A stretch of DNA of 64,000 nucleotides from Mizuhopecten yessoensis (lineage: Eukaryota). Both the position numbers and the translations under genes were made by a program. This document shows positions 24,391 to 37,598 of this stretch, piece after piece. The DNA is taken from contig NW_018405604.1 of the NCBI RefSeq assembly GCF_002113885.1, positions 68,830 to 132,829 of the forward strand, read 5' to 3'. Under the pieces are notes generated by a model. That model was not told where the DNA came from and did no database searches. It saw nothing but the letters and a program-made list of their open reading frames with translations. Position 1 is the stretch's first letter; the number at the start of each line of letters is the position of its first letter.

Positions 24391-26181
24391 CCACATTTTG
24401 CTATGTTAGTGCGTCATTTATCACGATAGAAGAAATTATCTAATAAGTGTCTCGCATCACAAGAAGAGCTCAAGATTGGAATTTAAATTGAACACTTCGT
24501 CGTTAACATTTATAGTCAAAATCATTTATTTTCGGTAGGAGAACATTCGAACAGACTTACGGTATTTCAATCAGATAACGTTGCATCACTTTCGCCATTA
24601 CCTGCGTCAGCCTTATTTTCACATTCAATTATATTGCTCATGCTTAGTGTTTTATAGACTAGTAACCACATGTATAGCAACTCATTTTTGTCCTCTAGAA
24701 CTTCAAATTAGAGATACCAGACTTTTTTTCTTCACCTCCATTCAAATGTATCTAGGCAGGCAAAATGGATTTGTTTTCTTTGCGAATGACAAGCTAGTCC
24801 GTCTGCACATAAAGTGCAGCTGTCCTACTTAATACTGCAAATGTGGGGACTCATATAACTGTTTACTGAATAGATATTCGATGGTAACAAGTGGACTTAT
24901 TATGGTTTTTTAACCTGCGTGACTGTGACCTACGTCGGTTTTGCAGTCATCATGGCCTAATTTCCGAATAGGGTATTTAGCGTCTACAATGATTCAGTCT
25001 TGTTTATTCGGTTTTAGATCAATAATGACTTGGTTATGTTCCTGTATTGAACGGAAGACATTGTGACGCCTGTCTAAATGTGGCCAGGAAACTATCTCTT
25101 CTCATCTGATGTCGCTTTTGGCATTTATTTCTGGGGCGGGTCCAGTGTCTTTCCTTTGTTTTGGTATCCCAAGCAATCCCTGTTGTCGTATTGTCGTATC
25201 GACTTTCTGTTCCGATTTAGCAGTGGCAATTGTTTTTCTAATTTCTATTTGACCAGATTTTTCCGAGTTAAATCACGTGAAAGATTTATTTTCCTTTGAA
25301 TTTTTCAACAAAATACAAACATGTTTTTTTTCAAGAACATCACACGTTGAGTTCAGTAATTCTGTAACAATAAATTTATGAAGAAAATAAATTCTTACAG
25401 AAGAGAGTTAAATGTTCCTTTTTCAAACTTGTCCTTGTATTTGGCAGATAAATGTATAGTGAAACTTACAGAAAGAACAGACCCGAAGCATGCATGATGC
25501 AACAGGGGTTACACTCACTTTCGCTTTCTGTTCTGCACCCCTGGAATATGTTATAGCAAAATCAAGTCCCAGTGTATACCACCATCTGGATGTGACCAGA
25601 AGACTAGTTTGATACTTTGATGTACATCAACAGAATATGTCAGTCGCGTAACGGCTTTGAAGGGGTGGCGCTCCTCTGTGATCTTCAAAGGACAGGCATC
25701 AGCCTAGCGATTGGTCAGGTGTTTTTTTTTACCGTAGACCAATCAAATGGCCAGCCACGTGACTTGAATTTTGCTATGACATACTCTAGGGATACAGAGA
25801 GCGAAAGTGTTATCCCTGAAGTATCAAAGATGGACCAAAAGGAAATGTGGTGAAGGGGATACTGATCGGCAAAACATACTACATTGAAGAGGATATATAC
25901 GACAACTAGAACACTGACAGGTCAGTAAGGGCCCCGTCTTGTGGCAATATATCCCCCTTAATCATTAAAAACCCCATCTGCCCATATAGCTGAGCTTGAC
26001 GTTTGACATTTAGTTTCAAAATAAATCGCAAGGAAGCAAAATTTACATTTTACATGTACTATGATGCGAGTCTTGTTTCCTTCCACCTCCATATTTGCTG
26101 GGCTAACAGAAATGTAAATATGGGTGCAATACTCATTTGTAAGCTTTGATTTGTTTTATTTCACCTTAAAAACCTCCCCCA

Positions 26182-27556
26182 TCAAGAGCAAGGGTCCAAG
26201 TCAGAGATCTACTTCGTCAAGTTTTCATCAGTGAAAAATACAAAACTTGACCTTGACCCTGAACCTTTGGACCCTGTAACCTGGACCTTTGGTCAGTTGA
26301 CGCCTTGTTAAGTTCTGAACAACTTAACTTCATAAAAACATAAAAAAAATGTTAATCAGTAAAAAAAGATATAGTTATTTGGCCTTCACATTGACCCAGT
26401 GACTTTGACCTTAAGTGAGTTGACTCCTTGTTAAATTCCGACCAACATTGCTTCAGAGTGTCATAACGAAATATTCACCAATGAAAAGATACTAATTTGA
26501 CCTTGACCTTTGACCCAGTGACCTTGACCTTAAGTCAGTTGACTCTTTGTTAAATGACCTTTGACCCAGTGACCTTGACCTTTGGTCAATTGACTCCTTG
26601 TTTAATTCCGACCAACATTGCTTCAAAAAGTCATAAACAAATGTTTACCAGTAAAAAGATATTAAATTTGAGCTTGACCTTTGACCCAGTGACAAATTTA
26701 CCTAAAATCAGTTGACTCTTTGTTAAATTCCAACCAACTTTGCTTCATAATGTCATAACAAAATGTTCATCAGGGAAAAGATACAAAATTTTACCTTGAC
26801 CTTTAACCCAGTGACCTTGACCTTTGGTCAATTGACTCCTTGTTTAATTCTGATCAACTTTGCCTCATCATGTCATAACAAAATGTCCATCAGTGAAAAG
26901 ATGCTAAATTTGACCTTGACCTCTGAACCTAATTACCTTAACCTTTGACCTTGACCTTTAACCTTAGTGTGTATTTTTATGAACTGAACATCTTGACCAA
27001 GTTTCATGTAAATCTGTTAATTAATACCAAAGTTATCAGCCAGGAACAAAATTTGTGGACGGACAGACGGACAGACGGACAGAACTATAGGGACTGCAGA
27101 ACCAAATGATTTTCTATAGACGATAGTGTTAACGTTTACCACTGTCCTGATTAAATGGGGTTATCCACACTGGTTTACCGGCCCTCACTTTGAAGAAAAT
27201 CATCTCACACAACTGTAAATTCTGCCTATTTGAACTTTTTTTATATGGGGGTCGCCATCTTGTATTGAATTCGGCACCAAAAATCGACCAAAATTTACAA
27301 CAAATTACACACTTAATAAACTCACCCAGACAAGCAGACTTGAAAAATTAAAAAAAAATAAAATATGCATATTGTTACAACCCACACATAAAACTTTTGA
27401 AACTTCTGCCACCTAAATATCCAACCAGCAGGCCCCGAGGCATTCACCTTCCTATTAAATCTTCTGCCCAAAAGGGAAAAACCAACAATCTATTTTTGAT
27501 TTGGTTCCGTGGTCCCTATAAAGGGCACACGTATCTCCGATACGGGGCCCTAATTA
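26182..27556 (+). mobile_element. Helentron/HINE-like non-autonomous element with ~120-bp core repeats (tgaccttgacctttgacc)
   Basis: Tandem cores, then a (gacg/gaca) microsatellite at ~27057-27081, then a 3' stem-loop gggcacacgtatctccgatacggggccc. A related copy lies at ~32278-33680. Confidence 0.7.
27088..27518. mobile_element. TIR element (~430 bp) nested in the HINE-like element at a TA/TATA site
   Basis: TIR tagggactgcagaaccaaat / atttggttccgtggtcccta. The uninterrupted site actatagggcac is seen in the paralog at ~33642-33653. Confidence 0.8.
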
Positions 27557-27674
27557 AGTAAGATGGTAAGTTACCTCAACAAGTGACACCATATTGTGAA
27601 CATGAAATTTGAAATAAATAAAAAACAGTTCCAGATTTGTTAAGAATTTTATAACACAATCAATGATCCTACTG

Positions 27675-30600
27675 TTACGTGATGGTTTCTGGTGAACAAT
27701 TCTCTGTCGTCAACTGACTGTCAATGTTCAACTGAATGTGTCCCTCAATGTCTTCTTCATTACTCTCTCGAGATAAAGCAAGGTTCCTCAGTCGCTCTAG
27801 ACACACCTGGGCAACCTCCCCCAGCTCCGGCTGCAGAGACAAAATTACAGGTATGTAAGATAAAGGTGAAGGGACGTAAAGTATAAGTATATAAAATAAA
27901 GGTATACATATCGAAAGTAGGAGTATACTATATAATTACCTGTATGACATGAACCCCACGCAGAGTGACCACAACCATATCGTCCATTCCATCTCCCATT
28001 ATGTCTACTCTGTCTACTCCAACTACTGGACTTGCAAAGCTTCTTTGCCAGAGCAGTTTGTAACAAAGCTTTCTGTCTGATACTGTCTCATTTAAGTCTT
28101 CCTCAGACAATTCTCCCCTCAGTATAGTATCTTGGTTCTTGGGTAATGAGGAACAGAGGTTCTCCTGGGATTTTGCCTTTCTAGGCAAAGTAATGGCCCC
28201 CCGGGGGTCTCTGCCTGTATGTCCGCTTCCTGTCAGGTTTCGCTGTCGTGGGGATGCGGCTGGTTCTCCTCCAATATAACTGCTTATGTTTGCTGGTGAT
28301 GAAATTTTGCTTTTCATTATAGATGGAGATTTTTGAAGCATTGGTATTTGGTCGTCCTCTTGCATCAACTTGTAAGCTAATAGCTCCTGTAAAAATGAGT
28401 ATTAACTCTGATAACTATATTTCTTACTCTTCATAAATTTTGTCACATATATCTTTTAATGTAGCTCAGTATTCAGTTGAAAGATTGATTGTTTAAACTG
28501 ACTACCCTCCAACAGTTCAAATTGAGTAAAATTGTGTATACTAAACAACAACAAAACAACACATATCAACAACTCTAAGACTACTTTCAGTACTCTACCT
28601 GGCCATCCGTGCCCACGACGATCTCGTTACAGCCATCACACATCAACAATTCTAAGACTACTTTCAGTACTCTACCTGGCCATACGTGCCCACGACAATC
28701 TCATTACAGCCATCACATTTCAACAATTCTAAGACTACTTTCAGTACTCTACCTGGCCGTACGTGCCCACGACAATCTCATTAGAGCCATCACATTTCAA
28801 CAATTCTAAGATTACTTTAAGTACTCTACCTGGCCATACGTGCCCACAAGGAACTCGTTACAGCCATCACACATCAATAATTCTAAGACTACTATCAGTA
28901 CTCTCCCTGGCCATACGTACCCAGGAGGATCTCGTTACAGCCATCACAAATCAACCATTCTAAGACTACTATCAGTAATCTACCTGACCATACGTGCCCA
29001 CGAGGATCTCGTTACAGCGATCACACATCAACAATTCTAAGACTACGTTCAGTACTCTACCTGGCCATACGTGCCAACGAGGATCTAGTTACAGACATCA
29101 CACATCAACAATTCTAAGCCTACTATCAGTACTCTACCTGACCATACGTCCCCACGAGGATCTCGTTACAGCCATCACACATCCACAATTCAAGACCACT
29201 TTCAGTACTCTCCCTGGCCATACGTACCCAGGAGGATCTCGTTACAGCCATCACACATCAACAATTAAGACTACTTTCAGTACTCTACCTGACCATACGT
29301 GCCCACGAGGATCTCGTTACAGCCATCACACATCCACAATTTAAGACTACTTTCAGTACTCTACCTGGCCATACGTACCCAGGAGGATCTCGTTACAGCC
29401 ATCACACATCAACAATTCTAAGACTTCTATCAGTACTCTGCCTGGCCATATGTGCCCACGAGGATCTTGTTACCGCCATGACACATGAACAATTTAAGAC
29501 TACTTTCAGTACTCTCCCTGGCCATACGTGCCCACGAGGTTCTCGTTACAGCCATCACACACCCACAATTTAAGACTACTTTCAGTACTCTCCCTGGCCA
29601 TACGTGCCCACGACGATCTCGTTACAGCCATCACATATCCACAATTTAAGACTACTTTCAGTACTCTACCTGGCCATACGTGCCCACGAGGATCTCGTTA
29701 CAGCCATCGAAATCTATGTCAGCCACACAGGCGCACAGAGGGATGTCGTAGTTACAGCTACCAGGCAAGTACAAGGCATTGTCTAGACCATTGGCAAGGA
29801 TGTTTCTGAAATAAAGTTTACAAGCCTAGTGTTAATATATGCAAAAAGGTAGCGCTTATCCATAAACAAATCTTATTTCCACTAAACAGTGGACCAAACT
29901 GATATCGGACCTTCATGATGGCAGATGACTAAGCATTAAACCCTGATAAATTTCACTGAATTATTGCCCATGTATAATTACAAACTATGACATTAGTATA
30001 TGGCAAACTATTTTTGGCAAGCAAATATGTTCACATTTTACTTACTTAACCATAGAAAAAAAATAGACATCCTATTTATTGGAATGTGTCTTTTACCAGA
30101 ACACTTACAGGTCAGCAAGGGCCATATATGTGTTTTACCATGATCCATATCACCAAGCAGACACCTTATAGAAATCATCTTGGAATTCAGAATTGAGAAA
30201 TATGGGTTTCACACATCTATAATCTAACAAGTACAATTACCCACTAAGTATATACATTTATCATTAAAAAGAGCATGATAGCCATATAACATATGTAACA
30301 GCCAGTCAGAAGGGATGGACAGTAGAGGTCTCAGATTTGTAATGCCGAGTAATATGGTGTGATTAATGCATCATGTAAACAAAGTACTGTTTATCATCTG
30401 ATACCTTTCAGGCCATTTTAAAATTGAAGGAAGAACAAATGTTTAGATAACCTATAGACTACTGTCGGTTCCAGAGAACTCATCACCAGCAGATTGTACA
30501 CAGCAGGGGATTCCTCTTGCACAGAATTGTTTTTTCCTGAAATCAAGAAATGCACAAATGCAACTTAAGGAAATCTGTATGCATACAAGTTATACCAGGC

Positions 30601-33600
30601 ATATGACCTCATACTTCTTTTGAACAACTGTAATAACACATCATTTCTAATTGCAACAGTTGGGGTCTTTGTATTTTTCTCTACCCCTAACTACCTTTTA
30701 TTTCCTAGTGCCTTGCTTGGTAATATCTCACTTTTGATTTTAATGTTGAACATTCGCCCAAGTGAGAAAGACAATGGGTTCTGTCTCCATGCCGGGACAT
30801 ACCAAAGTCCTAAAAATGTTAGTTGTTATTCCCTGATAAACGTTCAGCATTTATGGAAATGCCAACAACTAGTTCACCCGATGTCAGTATAATGTGACTG
30901 GGCAGCATAGCTTTGGTGGGTGCTTTGTCATGATATTTCTGTAAGGTAGCACTAAAATGGCATCAGATCTGCGCTATCACAAGGAGGCAAGTACACAAAC
31001 ACATGCACGCTTACACAACACACATGGAGGCAGGTCCTTATATGACCTTAGCTGTTAGTAGGATTTTAAACAACATAATTTTTTCAAAGCTAATTCAAAG
31101 TTTACAAAATTATATTTAACAAGGTATAAGTTTATTTAACAGTGTTCAAAAGTTACTAGTAAACTAACCTTCTGTGTCTTGCATAAACTCAGGAAAGGAG
31201 ACCTGGTTGTCTGGGTTGAAGATCTTCACACATGTAATCGGGCTGTCAAACATCCCCTCCCAACCCTTCAGGACCACTACAACAGGGAAGGTACAAAACA
31301 CACTGAAGTGACTGCACCACTATAGAAACATCCCCTCCCAACCCTTCAGTACCTCTACACCAGGGAGGTACAAAACATCCTGAACCGCTATAGAAACATC
31401 CCCCCCCAACCCTTCAGTACATCTACAACAGAGAAGGAACAAAACACACTGAATCACTACAGAAACATCCCCTCCCAGCCCTTCAGTACCTCTGCAACAA
31501 GGAGGTACAAAACACCCTGAACCATTATAGAAACATAACGCCCAACCCTTCAGTACCTCTAAAACAGAGAAGGTACAAAACACACTTAAGTGACTGCACC
31601 ACTATAGAAACCTCCCCTCCCAACCCTTCAGTTCCTCTACAACAGGGAGTTACAAAACCCACTGAACCACTATAGAGGTACAAAACACACTGATCCACTA
31701 TAGAAACATCCCCGCCAAACCCTTCAGTACCTCTACAACAGAGAAGGTACAAAACACACTGAACCATTATAGAAACATCCCCGCCCAACCCTTCAGTACC
31801 TCTACAACAGAGAAGGTACAAAACACACTGAACCACTCTAGAAACATCCCCTCCCAACTCTTCAGTACCTCTACAACAGAAAAGAAACAAAACACACTGA
31901 ACCATTATAGAAACACGAGGATCTCGTTACAGCCATCCCACATCACCAATTAAAGACTACTTTCAGTACTCTACCTGGCCATACGGGCCCACGACGATCT
32001 CGTTACAGCCATCCCACATCACCAATTAAAGACTACTTTCAGTACTCTCCCTGGCCATACGTGCCCACGAGGATCTCGTTACAGCCATCACACTTCAACA
32101 ATTAAAGACTACTTTCAGTACTCTCCCTGGCCATACGTGCCCACGAGGATCTCGTTACAGCCATCACACTTCAACAATTAAAGACTACTTTCAGTACTCT
32201 ACCTGGCCATACGTGCCCACGACAATCTCATTACAGCCATCACATTCCAACAATTCTAAGACTACTATCAGTAACTAATTTGACCTTGACCTTTGACCCA
32301 GTGACCTTGACATTTGGTCAGTTGAATCCTTGTTTAATTCTGATCAACTTTGCTTCATTATGTCATAACAAAATGTTCATCAGTGAAAAGAGGTAAAGTT
32401 TGACCTTGACCTTTGACCCAGTGACCTTGACATTTGGCCAGTTGACTCCTTGTTTAATTATGAGAAACATTGCTTCAAAGTGTCAAAACGAGATGTTCCC
32501 CAGTGAAATGATACAAAATTTAACCTTGACCTTTGACCCAGTGACCTTGACATTTGGTCAGTTGAATCCTTGTTTAATTCTGATCAACTTTGCTTCATTA
32601 TGTCATAACAAAATGTTCATCAGTGAAAAGATATAAAATTTGACCTTGACCTTTGACCCAGTGACCTTGACATTTGGTCAGTTGAATCCTTGTTTAATTC
32701 TGATCAACTTTGCTTCATCTCCCCTCCCAACCCTTCAGAACCTCTACAACAGGGAAGGTACAAAACACACTGAACCACTAAAGAAACATCCCCTCCCAGC
32801 CCTTCAGTACCTCTACAACAAGGAGGTACAAAACACACTGAACCACCATAGAAACATCCCCTCCCAACCCTTCAGAACCTCTACAACAGGGAAGGAACAA
32901 AACACACTGAACCATTATAGAAACACGAGGATCTCGTTACAGCCATCACACATCAACAATTCTAAGACTACTATCAGTAACTAATTTGACCTTGACCTTT
33001 GACCCAGTGACCTTGACATTTGGCCAGTTGACTCCTTGTTTAATTATGAGAAACATTGCTTCAAAGTGTCATAGCGAGATGTTCACCAGTGAAATGATAC
33101 AAAATTTAACCTCGACCTTTGACCAAGTGACCTTGACATTTGGCCAGTTGACTCCTTGTTTAATTATGAGAAACATTGCTTCAAAGTGTCAAAACGAGAT
33201 GTTCCCCAGTGAAATGATACAAAATTTAACCTTGACCTTTGACCCAGTGACCTTGACATTTGGCCAGTTGACTCCTTGTTTAATTCTGAGCAACATTGCT
33301 TCAAAGTGTCAAAACGAGATGTTCACCAGTGAAATGATACAAAATTTAACCTCGACCTTTGACCAAGTGACCTTGACATTTGGTCAGTTGACTCCTTGTT
33401 TAATTCTGATCAACTTTGCTTCATCATGTCATAACAAAATGTTCATCAGTGAAAAGATATAAAATTTGACCTTGACCTTTGAACCTTATGACCTTTACCT
33501 TTGACCTTGACTTTTTACCTTAATGTGTATTTTTGTGAACTTAACATCTTGACAAAGTTTCTTGTACATCGGTCAATTAATACCAAAGTTATCAGCCAGG

Positions 33601-36600
33601 AACAAAATGTGTGGACGGACGGACAGACAGACAGAGTGATTACTATAGGGCACCCGTATCTCCGATATGGGGCCCTAATGAAGAAATTTTAGCACACTGA
33701 CTCCTTTGGGCCCCACTCTACAGCACTTGGGGTAGGGTTGGCACAAAATGTTCAAAGTATCAAACAGTCAATTCAGGGTTATAGTTCCAATCAAGTTATT
33801 AACATGTAATATTCAAAGTATCATTTGCCATTATAAACCATAATAAATTTTGCCCCTCCTTCCCCAGGGGGTACTGATACTGATAATGCTAACCCAAATT
33901 GAATTACTTACTTCCAATGGAAATTAATTAAACAAATGTTGGTCCAAAATGTGATTTCCCTATATAAACTTTAGTAAAGTTTACCCCCTCCCCAGGGGAA
34001 AAAAGAGACCCCAGGGTCAAGAAATTCACAATTTTGGTAAAGCACCTTAAGACCCTTCCATCTATGAAGAGTTTTTGATTCTTCCATATCTGGGTCTTTA
34101 GAAGAAGATTTTTGAAATTTCAGTCAATTCAACCCTTTTTGGCCCCGCCCCTCAGGCCCCTGGGGGCTGGAGACCAAACCAGCCACTCATTTGTTGACAT
34201 TTGGTCATGGAAGGTTTCTGCAAAATTTCATTGAAATTGATTTCGGGGTTTTGGAGAAGAAGTCGAAAATGTAAATTGTTTATGGACTTTGTCTCAGGTG
34301 ACCTATAAATCTGAAAGAATGTGTACTTTATATTCTCACCTGCTGCCAGGAGAACAAAGCTCAGGGAAATAATTCTCTATGTCCTCTTCTTTGAACCTCA
34401 ACACTGGGGCCACCTTAGTAAAATGAAATATCGATATATAAATAGAATATCTATATCATCTTTACAACCTTTAAAACTTTATTCAACAATATACAAGTCA
34501 ATGGACTATAAACTTTTTAATACTATTCCTTAACAACAAAATAGTTGTGAAGCTCTGTACACTTACATGGTCCTCTCGGTACATGTGGATTTTTTGGTCA
34601 TTACCACTGAGAAGGAACACAGTCTCCATGTCGTCATCCGTTACACACCTACAAACCAGACACAATGTTGTCAGTGACACAGACTACAGTTCCAGTATTA
34701 CACCTGATAGATGAGGCATTAAGTGTCACTGATCAATTAATCCTTAATATCTGAATATATTATAGATCAGAAAAAACAAGTTGATAGGTTACTGATTTAC
34801 GAAGAAGAAAAAGGAAGAAAAACTGAAGAGTCTTAGATTTTTACTTCTAAAGATATACATGTAGATATAGACATGATGTTGGAGGAGGACAATTTGACAT
34901 GACATAATTGTTACAATCTTAATCCCCTGATTAATCAATAGTATGTATGTTAAATAGCTCTAATCACTCTGGTTTAATCACATTTTAATCATACAAGGCA
35001 CAGCATCAAAATGGAAATAACATTTGTAATATGTATATTATTCCAATATCATTAGAAATAGACATTCCTTTCCAAAGTTATAAGTTTATTATAAACTGAA
35101 CAAAGCACTTGAACAGTCAGGCCTAGGTATATAGATATCCTTACTCTGTGTGGATCAACTGGTATGGCATGAAGTCCAATTCTAATGTAACACATGTTTC
35201 TGTGGAAAAAATCAAAAAAATCTTACATTATGGACTAACAAGAGCATCGGACCCCATCCTGATCAAGATTTATTTTATGTAAATAGGAGTATATTGATAA
35301 TTTAATGTAATTAAAACATCATAAATTTGAAATGTAGGTCAACATAAGATTTGTGTAAACAAGAAATGAAAACCTCCCTTTTTTCACAATTCATTAAAAG
35401 AAAGAAATTGCAAAGGTTATATTTGTGCTATTTTAATGAAAAAACGATTTTGTGAAAACAAGAGTGTTCCAAAATCTGCCAAAGATTTTGGAAATGATGC
35501 ATAATATAATGGGAAAGAAACTTCAGAAGAAAAAAGAAAACTGTGCTATGGATAATGAAAATTAGTGCTGACAATACAAAACTAATGCCTGAATTATCCT
35601 CTTGGACAGAAATATAGTAGTTTCACATCTGTATTTAGCTTCAATTTATTCACACGTACGGGCCACACTGTCTACGTAATGGCTGTCTTCCTCAGACTGA
35701 CTAAAGGAATACAGGTTAAGGTACTGCATACATGTGTGTTCCCCATCTTCAGTCTGATCAAAAAAACAAATATATATTTATTAATTGAATCAATTCATAA
35801 TTGACAACCGACAGCTGGTTGATATGAAAGATAACGAAATTCATCTATACAATGTCTATTAAATGGTCTGAAGACTTAACAAGACAACTGATACTTAATT
35901 TTCTCATACTCATATTAAATGCATGTTTACTGTCAACAAAATAAACTTCATTGTAGCAGTAATAATCGAGGAAATCTTCTACTAAGATAACAAATATTCA
36001 AGCGGGTACCATGATACATATGAGATTACCTGGGTCTGCTTTAGGAAGGTGATACCTATGAGAGTACCTGGGTCTGCCTCAGGAAGGTTATACCTATGAG
36101 AGTACCTGGGTCTGCTTTAGGAAGGTTATACCTATGAGATTACCTGGGTCTGCTTTATGAAGGTGATACCTATGAGATTACCTGGGTCTGCCTCAGGAAG
36201 GTGATACCTATGAGAGTACCTGGGTCTGCCTCAGGAAGGTTATACCCATGAAATTACCTGGGTCTGCCTCAGGAAGGTGATACCTATGAGAGTACCTGGG
36301 TCTGCCTCAGGAAGGTTATACCTATGAGAGTACCTGGGTCTGCTTTAGGAAGGTGATACCTATGAGAGTACCTGGGTCTGCTTTAGGAAGGTGATACCTA
36401 TGAGATTACCTGGGTCTGCTTTAGGAAGGTGATACCTATGAGATTACCTGGGTCTGCTTTAGGAAGGTGATACCTATGAGAGTGCCTGGGTCTGCTTTAG
36501 GAAGGTGATATCTATGAGATTACCTGGGTCTGCTTTAGGAAGGTTATACCTATGAGATTACCTGGGTCTGCTTTAGGAAGGTGATACCTATGAGATTACC

Positions 36601-37598
36601 TGGGTCTGCTTTAGGAAGGTGATACCTATGAGATTACCTGGGTCTGCCTCAGGAAGGTTATACCCATGAGATTACCTGGGTCTGCCTCAGGAAGGTTATA
36701 CATATGAGATTACCTGGGTCTGCTTTAGGAAGGTGATACCTATGAGATGTAACCTGGGTCTGCTTTAGGAAGGTGATACCTATGAGATTACCTGGGTCTG
36801 CTTTAGGAAGGTGATACCTATGAGATTACCTGGGTCTGCTTTAGGAAGGTGATACCTATGAGATTACCTGGGTCTGCTTTAGGAAGGTGATACCTATGAG
36901 ATTACCTGGGTCTGCTTTAGGAAGGTGATACCTATGAGATTACCTGGGTCTGCTTCAGGAAGGTGATACCTATAAGAAGTCCACTGCCTTGTTGACTTGT
37001 TCTTGTGGCAACATCCAAGGAAACCAATTCTGCATCACCTGAAGATTTAAAAAGAAAATCATTGCTTACCTATTGCAATGTATTTGATGCAGTTTGTATT
37101 AGTTCCTAATCAATTAAAAAACTATCAAGACAAAAAATGCTGTATGTACTGACGTATAAAATAGTGACAGTCTTTGATATACTCCTTGCACATTATATAC
37201 ATTTAGATGAACCCACATGCATGCCCTATATTTTTTTATAAAAAAAAAGAGCCGCTCTCATTTTCGTATGACAGTTTTTCGATAATCGAGTTTAAATGAT
37301 ACAGTATTAAATGTATGTACGCATGCATGTACACCAGTATGACCGCCTTACCCGGAATGTAGGTAAACTGAACCTCCTTTGTGGACGGTTTCAGTTTTTT
37401 AGCATTTCTCTGGTATTCTACCGACACAATCTTCCCTGTAAGTGACGCTACCAGTAACTTGTTTGACCCCTCCGGCTCTATGACTTTGGCATGTGTGTAG
37501 ACGTTTGTTTGTGGTGTGGTTGTTATACCGTACAATGCTGCCTGTGAAGGTAAACTGCAGAAGTGTGCATCAGTCCACCTCCAACCTCTCTGATCCAT
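27675..37598 (-). CDS. KPTN: Kaptin (KICSTOR complex subunit)
   Basis: Exons 37598-37352 (KLLVASLTGKI...EVQFTYIP), 37038-36944 (DAELVSLD...GITFLK), 35753-35660, 35199-35145 (LELDFMPYQL), 34648-34567 (ETVFLLSGND), 34413-34340 (ENYFPEL), [one exon not found], 31276-31169, 30536-30452 (SSLEPTVVYR), 29805-29670 (DIDFDGCNEILVGTYGQ), 28386-27940 (ELLAYK...LLWQRSFASP...TLRGVHVIQ), 27830-27675. All are colinear with recalled vertebrate kaptin motifs. Confidence 0.92.
28560..29707 (-). repeat. 76-77-bp tandem array (~15 copies) made of a KPTN exon 3' end plus its 5' splice site
   Basis: Minus-strand unit contains gatggctgtaacgagatcctcgtgggcacgtatggccag|gtagagtactga, i.e. DGCNEILVGTYGQ plus the donor. 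Confidence 0.93.
30860..31075 (+). mobile_element. Possible degraded SINE 3' part
   Basis: Segments cagtataatgtgactggg...atgaccttagctgtt...aaac resemble mollusc SINE body and tail from memory. No head with A/B boxes recognised. Confidence 0.35.
31249..31914 (-). repeat. ~77-bp tandem array (~9 copies) made of a KPTN 3' splice site plus exon 5' end
   Basis: Minus-strand unit gtgttttgtaccttctctgttgtag|aggtactgaagggttgggaggggatgtttctatag copies the acceptor and first ~29 nt (VLKGWEGMF) of exon 31276-31169. Confidence 0.9.
31915..33680. repeat. Mosaic of the two 77-bp arrays and the 120-bp HINE core
   Basis: Abrupt junctions: donor-array copies 31915-32272, HINE cores 32278-32718, acceptor-array copies 32719-32924, one donor-array unit 32925-32980, HINE 32985-33680. 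Confidence 0.85.
36022..36972 (-). repeat. 38-bp tandem array (~25 copies) made of KPTN exon 2 3' end plus its 5' splice site
   Basis: Minus-strand unit ggtatcaccttcctaaagcagacccag|gtaatctcata, i.e. GITFLKQTQ plus the donor. Confidence 0.95.

Noticed and set aside
23986-24429. 147-aa ORF with NLNLPQS repeats
   Set aside because: Antisense reading of the right TIR subrepeats.
25739-25763. ER stress element CCAAT-N9-CCACG
   Set aside because: The spacer is 11 nt, not 9, and no linked gene was found.
28532-36972. Regular arrays as CRISPR loci or repeat-protein ORFs
   Set aside because: Eukaryotic intronic context, head-to-tail units with no unique spacers and no cas genes. The ORFs are by-products of the repeats.
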